DNA of 64,000 bases from Candidatus Thorarchaeota archaeon (GTDB lineage Archaea > Asgardarchaeota > Thorarchaeia > Thorarchaeales > Thorarchaeaceae), in the NCBI GenBank assembly GCA_004524445.1, contig SDNP01000001.1, positions 1 through 64,000 of the forward strand. Reading direction: 5' to 3'. The notes beneath the pieces were generated by a model that was given only the letters and a program-made list of their open reading frames with translations, had not been told where the DNA came from and searched no databases. Position numbers and translations under genes: made by a program. How positions within the stretch are numbered: the first letter of the stretch is position 1; the number at the start of each line of letters is the position of its first letter. This document shows positions 9,610 through 18,479 of this stretch, piece after piece.

Positions 9610-10284
9610 ATGCAATCAGAACCATCTGAACATGAATCGCAAAAAGAAAAGAGAACACGCTATATTGTTCTTCTTATAATATTGGCAGCCGCTTTGTTTT
9701 TACCCGTGCTTGTTATTGTTTACAGCAGTCCCTATTATGGATATGTCCAGGTCATGGCTATGACGTGGATATGGTATAGTCAGGGAAGGCCATTTCCAGT
9801 GGTATTCCCGTTTTTCATATTCATGGTAATCAGCAGCCTGCCCTTCACTTTCATGAGACTGGTCTTTGTCTATATGGTCAACAGGTACTATTTGGCAAAA
9901 ACTACCAAAAAGAGAGTCTTGATGGCAGGGGTGGCGGCCGAGCTTCAGGCTGCTCTCATCTTCAATCTCCCGTACATTCTCATGTTCATTCTAGCTCCAG
10001 GACAATCCATGTATCCCATGTATGCAATTCCCATCCCCGCATTGATTATCATTGGCTATCTTATTTTCAGATTTCGCCCGCCACCTGTACAGAAATCTTG
10101 GGTGGAAGACAGTGAGAAGGCTGGATGGTGGAATGAAGAAGTAGCGAAGCCTGCTGAAAGCGAAGCGCCACAGCAACCCGTCATAGCCAGCGATGAAACT
10201 GATGAATCAGAGGACGAAGAAGCGCGGGAGGAAGAAACCGGGGAAGAGCAACCATCTGGCGAATGGCTAAAGGAAACTTGGTAG
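9610..10284 (+). CDS. Hypothetical multi-TM membrane protein with acidic C-tail
   Basis: 4-5 hydrophobic segments, Glu-rich tail; GGGGAG upstream. Confidence 0.75.
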   Translation: MQSEPSEHESQKEKRTRYIVLLIILAAALFLPVLVIVYSSPYYGYVQVMAMTWIWYSQGRPFPVVFPFFIFMVISSLPFTFMRLVFVYMVNRYYLAKTTKKRVLMAGVAAELQAALIFNLPYILMFILAPGQSMYPMYAIPIPALIIIGYLIFRFRPPPVQKSWVEDSEKAGWWNEEVAKPAESEAPQQPVIASDETDESEDEEAREEETGEEQPSGEWLKETW

Positions 10285-10342
10285 AAGCTCCACATGGCGC
10301 CTTCTTGGTACGTCCCATCAATCACATAGAGGTGCAGAAACA

Positions 10343-11143
10343 TTGTGTGAACTCATGGCACTTTCATTTGCAAATCCTGTAAGAGCAAGTATCTCCTTGA
10401 ATGTTTTTCAAGAGAACGGTGTTGAGAATCCTGATGGTTGGGGTGTAGCATACTATCGAAATGACGCCATGCAGCTAATCAAGGAAGCCTTGCCTGCCTC
10501 AGACAGTATACTCTATGACTTTATTGAACGGAGTGCTTCTTCGAAGATTTACATCTCTCATTTGAGACGTTCAACTGAAGGAATTCGAAGCTATTTGAAT
10601 ACTCATCCCTTCTATAGAGTTGCACATATGATGGGCGCGCGCTTCGAATACGCTTTTGCCCATAATGGCACAGTTGCTGATTACCAAAAGCTATCCTTGA
10701 GCAAATATACACCTCTTGGCGAAACTGACTCAGAACATGTTTTTTGTCATATACTCGAAGTCCTTTCGAATGTTGGCAGCTCATCATGGACAAGAAGCGA
10801 GTATCAACTACTTGAAGAGCTCTTGCAGGCCATGAACACCCCTGAGAATACACTGAACTGCATACTATCTGACGGAATACGATTGTTCTGCTATTCCGAC
10901 ATACATGATCACAATAGTGGTCTTCGATATTCAGAGTATGTTCCTGTAATCAAGCTAAAGGACCAAGCAAAAGACATAGGGGAGATTAGAGTCCGAACAG
11001 CAGGCAATTCCATAAATACTACTGGCATCAAAGGAGTTCTCGTTACGACGCGAGACATGAGTGAGGGGAATTGGCTCGAGTTTTCACCCGGCGAGCTCAT
11101 GGTATTCAAGGGTGGTGAGATTGTCTATTCCTCTTCTGGGTAG
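10343..11143 (+). CDS. Class II glutamine amidotransferase (YafJ/EgtC-like)
   Basis: N-terminal nucleophile MCEL, NPDGWGVA, HLRRST, NTHPF, FAHNG, GETDSE. Confidence 0.9.
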   Translation: MCELMALSFANPVRASISLNVFQENGVENPDGWGVAYYRNDAMQLIKEALPASDSILYDFIERSASSKIYISHLRRSTEGIRSYLNTHPFYRVAHMMGARFEYAFAHNGTVADYQKLSLSKYTPLGETDSEHVFCHILEVLSNVGSSSWTRSEYQLLEELLQAMNTPENTLNCILSDGIRLFCYSDIHDHNSGLRYSEYVPVIKLKDQAKDIGEIRVRTAGNSINTTGIKGVLVTTRDMSEGNWLEFSPGELMVFKGGEIVYSSSG

Positions 11144-11234
11144 CAAATTTATGAAGAACACCTACTAGATAAAGAGATGAATCTGCTCATTAGATTATTC
11201 ATATTTCAAAAAATCCTAAGCCAACTGCCAAAAT

Positions 11235-11330
11235 TCAGGTCAGGAACTCACTCATAAGAAACAGGAATAAGAAGAGCGCCAATCCCGCTATCATTAACGC
11301 GGCAAAGAAGATTCTGCGGTAATCTGTCAT
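11235..11330 (-). CDS. 31-aa single-TM peptide coupled to last PH-domain gene
   Basis: MTDYRRIFFAALMIAGLALFLFLFLMSEFLT; ATG overlaps upstream TGA (ATGA). Confidence 0.6.
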   Translation of the reverse strand: MTDYRRIFFAALMIAGLALFLFLFLMSEFLT

Positions 11331-12085
11331 TTCTGTTCGGACTCCATGAGAGTTTGTCGTATCTCGCGAAATGCATTCAATGTTGCTTCTGTAAAGATGC
11401 TTTTAGCTCTTCCTTTCGGCGTCACTCTTCTCCCCAAGCGCAACGGGAAATCAAAACGCCGCAGTTCTCGAAGAATAAAGGCTTCTAATTTCTCATAGAA
11501 GACTATTCCCTCAATGTTCTCTTCAGATGCATTTCGAAAGAGAGCAGTAAGGATAAGGCTTGCCACACCTGATGGGCGAGGCCCAGTTGATTCTCCTGCC
11601 GTATCGATTTTTACAGATCCTATACCAAATAGCCTATCAAAAGGTCCTGCTCTGGTCTGCACATTTGTGACTGTTCTAAATGGTATGTGTTTCTCCGTCA
11701 CTGTGATAATTCCCTTACGCTGGTAGATCTCTGGCATACGTTCACCTTCCCATCCCACCACACAGTACTTAATCCTCTTCACATAGAAATGAGTCCAGAT
11801 GATAGCCGGTATTAACCAAAGTATGGTAAATGCCCAGTAGACCTGGCTACCGGCTATCCAATCGACATCCGCAAACCAGAGATTGATGGGGATGAACTCT
11901 AATATGAAGAAGGTGATAAGTGGAGGTCCATAGAGAGAGAAGAGGAATACACCCCAGAGAGCGAACGCTGAGAGAATGAACTTCAACCACTTCTTATACC
12001 TTAAGGCAGGAATGGGGGAAAAAGATCTTCCATCATAGATTGGGTCCTGTGGGGGTTTTATAATCCGTTCTCCAGTCCCCGCCAT
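11327..12085 (-). CDS. Bacterial PH-domain (bPH_2/YdbS-like) membrane protein, paralog 4
   Basis: 2 TM + GIITVTEKHIPFRTVTNV..AGPFDRLFGIGSVKIDTAG. Confidence 0.85.
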   Translation of the reverse strand: MAGTGERIIKPPQDPIYDGRSFSPIPALRYKKWLKFILSAFALWGVFLFSLYGPPLITFFILEFIPINLWFADVDWIAGSQVYWAFTILWLIPAIIWTHFYVKRIKYCVVGWEGERMPEIYQRKGIITVTEKHIPFRTVTNVQTRAGPFDRLFGIGSVKIDTAGESTGPRPSGVASLILTALFRNASEENIEGIVFYEKLEAFILRELRRFDFPLRLGRRVTPKGRAKSIFTEATLNAFREIRQTLMESEQK

Positions 12086-12098
12086 ATACTTCTACTCC

Positions 12099-12833
12099 TT
12101 ACTCGCGGTTCCTTAGCAAATCCCGAATGTCGGTGAGGACACGTAGAATCTGCCTCTCAATATCCGTGGGGCCACTTGATATCCCTTCCTCCTCGGGAAA
12201 GACAACCTCCGTACCAGTTACGTAAGGGTCTTTGAATTTCCTGAGCTCTCGGAGGATGAAATCCCGTAGCTCTTCGTAAAAGACAAGCCCTTCCAGTTTC
12301 TCCTCGGGTGCTCCCATTTGGCTTGAACCCGAGTGTCCTGCTGTTTCTATCTCGATTGAACCAATGCCAAACAATCGGTCAAATGGACCCGCTCTGCTAG
12401 AGATATTGGTAATTGTGCGAAACGGAACATGTTTGCGGGTGATGTTAATGATGCCTTTCTTCACATAGATTTCAGGCATGGTTTCTCCGGATTTGGCGAT
12501 AACTGAATACTCTATGGAATTAAGATAGATGGGTACCAGTATGACACCGGGAACCAACCAAATCGCGGTGATGATCCAATACCAGAAATTGACTGGGTAC
12601 CACCACATATTGAAGAAGCTGGCCCAAAAAGCAGGCCAGCCACCACCAACTGCTACAAAAAACACAAAATAGTTAGCAAGAAGTATGATGACGATAATCA
12701 TGATCCATATCATGACAGCAGCAAAAATTCCCATGAACCACATCTTGTTTCGGAATTTCTTATCCGGACTGAACACCTTTCCCTTTGCGATATCCTCCAT
12801 GGGTGGTCTGATGACCTTCCCTTCAGCAGTCAA
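12099..12833 (-). CDS. Bacterial PH-domain membrane protein, paralog 3
   Basis: 2 TM + GIINITRKHVPFRTITNI..AGPFDRLFGIGSIEIETAG; ends LTDIRDLL. Confidence 0.87.
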   Translation of the reverse strand: MTAEGKVIRPPMEDIAKGKVFSPDKKFRNKMWFMGIFAAVMIWIMIIVIILLANYFVFFVAVGGGWPAFWASFFNMWWYPVNFWYWIITAIWLVPGVILVPIYLNSIEYSVIAKSGETMPEIYVKKGIINITRKHVPFRTITNISSRAGPFDRLFGIGSIEIETAGHSGSSQMGAPEEKLEGLVFYEELRDFILRELRKFKDPYVTGTEVVFPEEEGISSGPTDIERQILRVLTDIRDLLRNRE

Positions 12834-13610
12834 TTAGCTCTCATCCTCCTCTTTATTCTTGAGGATCTCCAATATTTCTCTGAGAGGTGTCATCTCATTC
12901 CTTATTTCTCTCAGTGTGATCAGAATCTCATCTTGAAGACTACCCTCTAGTTTAGGAATATCTCTCTCTTCTTTTGAAACAACTTCTGTACCAGTTGTAT
13001 AGCTTCCACGATATTTTCTTAGTTCTTGAAGAATGAAGTCTCTTAACTCCTCGTAGAATGTGAGGCCCTCAAGCTTCTCCTCAGGTCCGAATTGTCGCGT
13101 TCCAGAATATCCAGCTGTTTCAATCTCGATATTGCCAATCCCGAATAACCTGTCGAAAACTCCAGCTCTTCCCGATATGTTGGTGATTGTCCGAAATGGC
13201 ACATGTTTTCCAGTCACATTGATAATTCCCTTTTTGACAAATATCTCCGGCATTGCCTCTCCAGATTCGGATGTCACGCTATACTCTATACTGCTAATAT
13301 AGAACGGCAGAATGATTGACCCAGGTAAAACTATCACTATGAACAGGATGGCTAGGATAAGCGATACCGTTGGAAACCACGTGTAAACATAGTTCCAATA
13401 CGCCATGATTGCTGAACCTTCATCCACTACTGTGACCAAATAGCTAATTCCCAACCAACCCAGAGTGGCCATAAGCCATATGGAAAAAACACCCAACCAA
13501 AGCTCTGTCCATGCCTTATACATGAACTTCTTTGAGGGCGTGAAAATTTTCCCACTTGAAATGCTTTCAATAGACGGAATGAATTCCTCTTCTCTCTCAT
13601 TCTTACTCAT
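12834..13610 (-). CDS. Bacterial PH-domain membrane protein, paralog 2
   Basis: 2 TM + same bPH_2 core; C-terminal LREIRNEM...LREILEIL. Confidence 0.87.
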   Translation of the reverse strand: MSKNEREEEFIPSIESISSGKIFTPSKKFMYKAWTELWLGVFSIWLMATLGWLGISYLVTVVDEGSAIMAYWNYVYTWFPTVSLILAILFIVIVLPGSIILPFYISSIEYSVTSESGEAMPEIFVKKGIINVTGKHVPFRTITNISGRAGVFDRLFGIGNIEIETAGYSGTRQFGPEEKLEGLTFYEELRDFILQELRKYRGSYTTGTEVVSKEERDIPKLEGSLQDEILITLREIRNEMTPLREILEILKNKEEDES

Positions 13611-14376
13611 TTTTCTTCTTCTCTCCTTCTAGTAATTTTGAATCAATACTGCTCAACAAATCACGCATGTCGCGAAGCGTTCGCAAGATGTCATCTTGTA
13701 GACTATCATCAAGGTCAGGTACTGGCTCTTCTTCTGGCATCACAATTTCTGTTCCAGTTGCGTAGGGCGCCCTGAACTTCCGAAGCTCTCGCAGTATGAA
13801 GTCGCGTAGTTCTTCATAGAACACGATTCCCTCTATCTTCTCCTCAGGCCCCGGTTGTCCGGATGATCTGACAGAAGAGCCAGCGGTTTCTATTTCTACT
13901 GACCCAATACCCAGGAGCTTGTCAAGAACTCCCGCCGTACTTGATATGTTGGTTATTGTTCGGAAGGGTACATGACGTTCCGTCGTTGTAATCAGTCCTC
14001 TTCGAGTGAAAACCTCAGGCATGGTTATGCCTTTTTCAGATATCACGGAATAGCGGAATGTGTTGTAATAGGCTGGTACCAACATAGCCGCAGGAATCAT
14101 CCAAATGAAATTGATAATCCAATACCAAAATAGCACCGGCCATAACCATTGCTGAAGGTACAGCTGATAACCAATGAAGCCCAACCCCTCATCCAGAATG
14201 ACCAGATATGATATCGGCAACCACATCACTAGACCGAAAACAAACAGTACAACGGGGAGCATGATGATGGCAACCCACATCTTATATTTGAATCGACGAT
14301 GAGGACGAAATACGCGCCCACTAACTATGTCCTCCATGGGGGGCCTGATTACTTTCTCCTTTTCTTCGTTTGTCAT
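13603..14376 (-). CDS. Bacterial PH-domain membrane protein, paralog 1
   Basis: 2 TM + bPH_2 core; C-terminal LRDMRDLL. Confidence 0.87.
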   Translation of the reverse strand: MTNEEKEKVIRPPMEDIVSGRVFRPHRRFKYKMWVAIIMLPVVLFVFGLVMWLPISYLVILDEGLGFIGYQLYLQQWLWPVLFWYWIINFIWMIPAAMLVPAYYNTFRYSVISEKGITMPEVFTRRGLITTTERHVPFRTITNISSTAGVLDKLLGIGSVEIETAGSSVRSSGQPGPEEKIEGIVFYEELRDFILRELRKFRAPYATGTEIVMPEEEPVPDLDDSLQDDILRTLRDMRDLLSSIDSKLLEGEKKKNE

Positions 14377-14382
14377 AATATG

Positions 14383-14988
14383 CTAGTCACCTCTTCTTTT
14401 ATATCTAGGAATCTCTTTTGCTGCTAATTTGTTGAAAATAGCAATAGACTGCTGAGTCATGTATAGTTCTTCCTCATCAGGTCGTAAAGTGATGGCGTAC
14501 TCCTCCATGATAGTATCTAGGATTTCTCTGCATTCCTCTCGCTTCGGGCATGGATCCAGGTTTCGTGTATCCTCAGCGGGTCGATCATAGGGCGTACCAT
14601 CACAGAGTTTGCCTGCATACGAATCATGCTTGTACCAAACCACAGGCCCGAGCTTCATAGTGAAGACAATGTATACGGCTGCGCTCGCTTGGTAATCAAA
14701 ACCTATCAGAAGCCCTTTGTAGTCCAGAAGACTCTCCACATCAAGCCGATGGCTGTTGGCATTATCGCTTAGAATCTTCTCAATTTTCTTTCTAGCTCTA
14801 TTGAGCACACGAGAAACATAAGCCGCATCACCCAAACTGATTTTTTCGTTGCTCTTGTCGTCCAAGGTTTGCTGAACATAGGACGGAATACTCCGTTCCT
14901 CTTGATAGTTTTCGGCAATCTCTCCTGTGGACTTCCCTTGCTGGAATTCCCACCAGACAATTGCTTCATGGGTGGACAGCGAGCTCAT
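14383..14988 (-). CDS. Putative HTH transcriptional regulator with C-terminal His/Cys cluster
   Basis: GKSTGEIAE...AYVSRVLNRARKKI resembles a sigma-region-4/LuxR-type HTH; WYKH...C...C....C; first gene of the PH operon. Confidence 0.65.
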   Translation of the reverse strand: MSSLSTHEAIVWWEFQQGKSTGEIAENYQEERSIPSYVQQTLDDKSNEKISLGDAAYVSRVLNRARKKIEKILSDNANSHRLDVESLLDYKGLLIGFDYQASAAVYIVFTMKLGPVVWYKHDSYAGKLCDGTPYDRPAEDTRNLDPCPKREECREILDTIMEEYAITLRPDEEELYMTQQSIAIFNKLAAKEIPRYKRRGD

Positions 14989-15059
14989 TTTCTTTCCTCG
15001 ATCATTCTGACATTCGAATATGCCTTGTTGCTTTCTAGGGAAACTTTATATTTAAACGT

Positions 15060-15093
15060 TGTTAATGTTTACAATAATCTGGTAAAGATTTAC
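15060..15093. promoter_or_regulatory. Two near-palindromic operator-like boxes between divergent genes
   Basis: TGTTAATGTTTACA (15060-15073) and GTAAAGATTTAC (15082-15093), 21 bp apart, next to TTTATATTTAAA TATA-like box. Confidence 0.5.
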
Positions 15094-15115
15094 ACTATTA
15101 AGGTGTTGAGAAAAA

Positions 15116-15538
15116 TTGACCAGAAATGAGCTCTCCATCAAGACAAAAGCACTGCAAAAGGACTTCGGTCCGGTTCTTGCAGTGAGGAATCTTGATCTGC
15201 AAGTTGCGACAGGCAGCCGGTTTGGACTCCTCATTGCGGTTGGTTCTTCAATGATTGCTATTGGCGTGACAGCAAAGAATCCCGACTACGAGGACACGAA
15301 ATCTCCTGCTCATCAGACGAATCAGATGACTGCGATGATGCTGCCAATGGTATGCATAATGGCATCGGTATTCATCTTGATTGCCCTATCAATATTGGAT
15401 CTTGATGTCGTGATTGAGAACGCATTGAGCCCTATTGGCTTTCAATTGCTCTTCTCTCTAACAGGTCCATTCATCATCCTCTTGGTGGGAGTTGCATATG
15501 TATCATCAGGAATAAAATCATTATCAGCTCCAGCGTAA
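15116..15538 (+). pseudogene. Chimeric ABC ATPase N-terminus fused to permease-like C-terminus (internal deletion remnant)
   Basis: First 39 aa (LQKDFGPVLAVRNLDLQVATGSRFGLL) are a classic ABC ATPase start that stops exactly before Walker A; remainder is a 2-3 TM permease-like segment. Confidence 0.65.
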
Positions 15539-15575
15539 TGAAAGACTAGGATTTCGGATTACCGAATTCATCTTT

Positions 15576-15623
15576 ATGATGGTGGATGATTCAGAATTCG
15601 CGTCCACCATCATTTCCTTTTTT
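15576..15623 (+). terminator. Hairpin + T-tract between convergent genes
   Basis: ATGATGGTGGA...TCCACCATCAT followed by TTCCTTTTTT. Confidence 0.6.
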
Positions 15624-15640
15624 CAAGTATGTGGCTCTCA

Positions 15641-16612
15641 CTATTGCGTCACAATCTTCGTTCCTTTAGAACTCGGAATAGTCCACTCTTCGAGTGCCAT
15701 CTGTGACTCAGTGTCAATAATAGCACTGTTTCTGTAAAGCGCTCGCAGGAATCTGTTGTAATCTTCAATGTCTTCAGTACGGACAGTTGCAAACAAGCTG
15801 TAATCTCCTCCCACTCGATGCAAGTCCCAGACTTCCTTGAAGAGACTCACATATTCAGCAGTCTTTGCCACTTTCCCTGGTTTTGGTTTTATCCTCAGGA
15901 AGAACTTGATGGGAAGATCAACATATTTGAAGTCAATATCTATGGAGTGACCTAGAATGACATTCTTCATCGCGAGGCGTCGCATGACCTTTGAAACAGC
16001 AGGTTGACTAATTTCCTTCTGCATCTCTTCCCCGATTCTACGCTGTGATGGGCTCATTGGTTCCTCAGTTGTTGCTTCCCATCGCCTTATGGTATTAAGG
16101 AGCGACCAATCCACGTCAGAGAGCATGAACTCAGAGAAACCGTTCTTTCTGACAAGGAATCCATGAGTCTTATACGTGGCGAGAACTTGGACCAAATCAT
16201 ATTTCTGCGCCTCTGTGGCAGCGACTACTTTGTCCATTTTGTCAAGAAACTCGTTGAATGACTGTGATTTGCGGAATCTAAAGAGAGCTAGAAGTGAGTA
16301 TTCTCCCGAGATACCATCAAGCGACTCAAGTTCCGGCATATTTAGCAATGCACGACTAAGCGTCACTTCTCTTGGGTTGCTCTTAATCAGTAGAATGCTG
16401 TTTCTCTCTGCATAGACTTTTGCAGGATTGAGAATAGTCAGGTAAGCTCGTATTACCTGCCACTTCACCAGTTTTCTAATCGTGCGAGCAACCCAGTTCC
16501 TCCCTTTTCCCAAGCTCTTGGCAAGTGATTGTATGTTGGCTCTTGAGTCCTCTAGTAGTTCTCGAAGCAATGCCTTTTCGCTTTCCTTAATGGAATGCAC
16601 TCTCTGCGTCAT
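15641..16612 (-). CDS. Tandem-domain Lrp/AsnC family transcriptional regulator
   Basis: Two HTH+RAM modules (LLEDSRANIQSLAKSLG; SQPAVSKVMRRL; GEYSL/GDYSL); divergent from ahcY. Confidence 0.85.
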   Translation of the reverse strand: MTQRVHSIKESEKALLRELLEDSRANIQSLAKSLGKGRNWVARTIRKLVKWQVIRAYLTILNPAKVYAERNSILLIKSNPREVTLSRALLNMPELESLDGISGEYSLLALFRFRKSQSFNEFLDKMDKVVAATEAQKYDLVQVLATYKTHGFLVRKNGFSEFMLSDVDWSLLNTIRRWEATTEEPMSPSQRRIGEEMQKEISQPAVSKVMRRLAMKNVILGHSIDIDFKYVDLPIKFFLRIKPKPGKVAKTAEYVSLFKEVWDLHRVGGDYSLFATVRTEDIEDYNRFLRALYRNSAIIDTESQMALEEWTIPSSKGTKIVTQ

Positions 16613-16688
16613 AACCGGTGCCTTCTATTCCAATTTCATATGGAGGATTTTAATATGTTGCTCTGTTTCCTTTGCATGTGTAATCAAT

Positions 16689-17945
16689 ATGACCGACTAT
16701 AAGGTAAAAGACATTGGTCTTGCTGAAGAAGGACGCAAGCTGATTGACTATGCTGAGCAGCATATGCCAGTTCTCATGCATTTGAGAGAAAAATATGCGA
16801 GGACAAAGCCCTTGAAGGGAATGAGGATCTCTGGATGCTTACATGTGACAAAGGAAACTGCAGTCTTGGTTGAGACTCTTCGGGCAGTTGGAGCAGAAGT
16901 GGCTTGGTCAGGATGCAACCCACTGTCCACCAACGACAAAGTCGCAGCTGCCTTGGCAGCAAATGATGTGCCCATATTTGCATGGCACGGACTAGATACT
17001 GACGATTACTATTGGTGCATTGAACAAGCACTGAATATTGAACCAACACTAACATTAGATGACGGTGCTGATCTGATTTTCACAATCCATAACAAACGTA
17101 AAGAACTCATTGAAGGTCTCTATGGCGGTTCGGAGGAGACCACAACGGGAGTTATCCGAATCAGGGCTATGGCTGAAGATGGTGCTCTGAAATATCCGAT
17201 AATGGCTGTTAATGACGCTAATACCAAACACATGTTCGATAATGTATATGGTACAGGTCAGAGCTCATTCGATGGAGTGCTTCGAGCATCGGCCATTCTT
17301 ATCGCTGGAAAGACCGCAGTCATTGGGGGATATGGCTACTGCGGGCGTGGTCTGGCTATGAGAGCAAAGGGCTTGGGAGCAGACGTGATTGTAACAGAGG
17401 TAGACCCTGTTCGTGCTTTGCAGGCTCGAATGGATGGATATCGTGTGATGCCAATGAATGAGGCTGCGAAAGAGGGTGACCTATTCATCACTGCCACTGG
17501 GATGAAGGATGTGATCACTGGAGAACACATGAAGGTCATGAAGGATGGAGCTATCATTGGTAACGCAGGGCATTATGATGTAGAGATCAATAAGCCTGAC
17601 CTTGAGAAGCTCAGTACTAGTAAGGATAGAGTTCGTCCAGCCTTAGATGAGTTCAAGCTGAAGGATGGGCGAAGTATCTTCCTATTAGGAGACGGCCGTT
17701 TGGTCAATCTTGTTGCTGCTGAGGGTCACCCCTCGGAAGTTATGGACTTATCCTTCGCGGGCCAACTGAACGCAATGATGTGGATGAAAGAGCACGGGCA
17801 GAACCTGGATCCTGATGTATATGAATTCCCCGAAGAGCTTGACAAGAAGACCGCCCTGATGAAACTCGAAACTATGGGCATCTCTATAGACAAATGGACT
17901 AAAGAACAGGCGCGATATGCTCGTGCATATGCAGAGGGGACCTAA
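16689..17945 (+). CDS. ahcY: Adenosylhomocysteinase
   Basis: GCLHVTKETAVL, CNPLST, EETTTG, KHMFDNVYGTGQS, GRLVNL..AEGHPSEVMD; start refined to ATG 16689. Confidence 0.97.
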   Translation: MTDYKVKDIGLAEEGRKLIDYAEQHMPVLMHLREKYARTKPLKGMRISGCLHVTKETAVLVETLRAVGAEVAWSGCNPLSTNDKVAAALAANDVPIFAWHGLDTDDYYWCIEQALNIEPTLTLDDGADLIFTIHNKRKELIEGLYGGSEETTTGVIRIRAMAEDGALKYPIMAVNDANTKHMFDNVYGTGQSSFDGVLRASAILIAGKTAVIGGYGYCGRGLAMRAKGLGADVIVTEVDPVRALQARMDGYRVMPMNEAAKEGDLFITATGMKDVITGEHMKVMKDGAIIGNAGHYDVEINKPDLEKLSTSKDRVRPALDEFKLKDGRSIFLLGDGRLVNLVAAEGHPSEVMDLSFAGQLNAMMWMKEHGQNLDPDVYEFPEELDKKTALMKLETMGISIDKWTKEQARYARAYAEGT

Positions 17946-17963
17946 TCAATCAAAAGCAGCATC

Positions 17964-18010
17964 GAGCTCCTCTCCTTTCGAATACCGCCGAGGAGCTCCC
18001 GCTTTTTATT
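17964..18010 (+). terminator. Hairpin + T-tract after ahcY
   Basis: GAGCTCCTC...GAGGAGCTC then GCTTTTTATT. Confidence 0.55.
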
Positions 18011-18326
18011 CGTCAAGCATTGCTGTATCTACAATACTGCCATGTCTTCTAAGTAGGAGAGAAACAACAATGAGAGCTGAACCTAAGAGGATTAGAATGA
18101 ACCTCTGAATGTAAATCTCTCGTATCGCCAAACCAATATCTCCCGCCACGCTCTCGAAATTACGAGGCCCAGGAATGACTCTGGACGGCCAATAAGGCCA
18201 ACCCGAGTCCTCTATAATGAGCCACATTATGATTTCCATTAAAGGAAATGCTAGAACTCCTAATAGAAACAGAGCTACGCCAACAGCTATGAGGGGCATC
18301 CAGATCCATTTTAGATTCAAGACCAA
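18006..18326 (-). CDS. Hypothetical 2-TM membrane protein
   Basis: Two hydrophobic helices; GGAGAGGG upstream. Confidence 0.6.
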   Translation of the reverse strand: MVLNLKWIWMPLIAVGVALFLLGVLAFPLMEIIMWLIIEDSGWPYWPSRVIPGPRNFESVAGDIGLAIREIYIQRFILILLGSALIVVSLLLRRHGSIVDTAMLDE

Positions 18327-18479
18327 ATCCCTCTCCTATATGAGAAGAGCCTCAAGATATATGATTTTTGGCAGCTTTGCCTTCTTGCTGTTGTTCTGTG
18401 GTATGTTGTAGCACTAGCCCTCCAAAAAGGAGATATTCTTTCACGTTAAGTAGTGATATTGTCAGGCGGTGGAGCCATC

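Noticed and set aside
16482-16688. Long N-terminal extension of AhcY overlapping the Lrp gene
   Set aside because: Antisense read-through of the divergent gene; homology begins at ATG 16689
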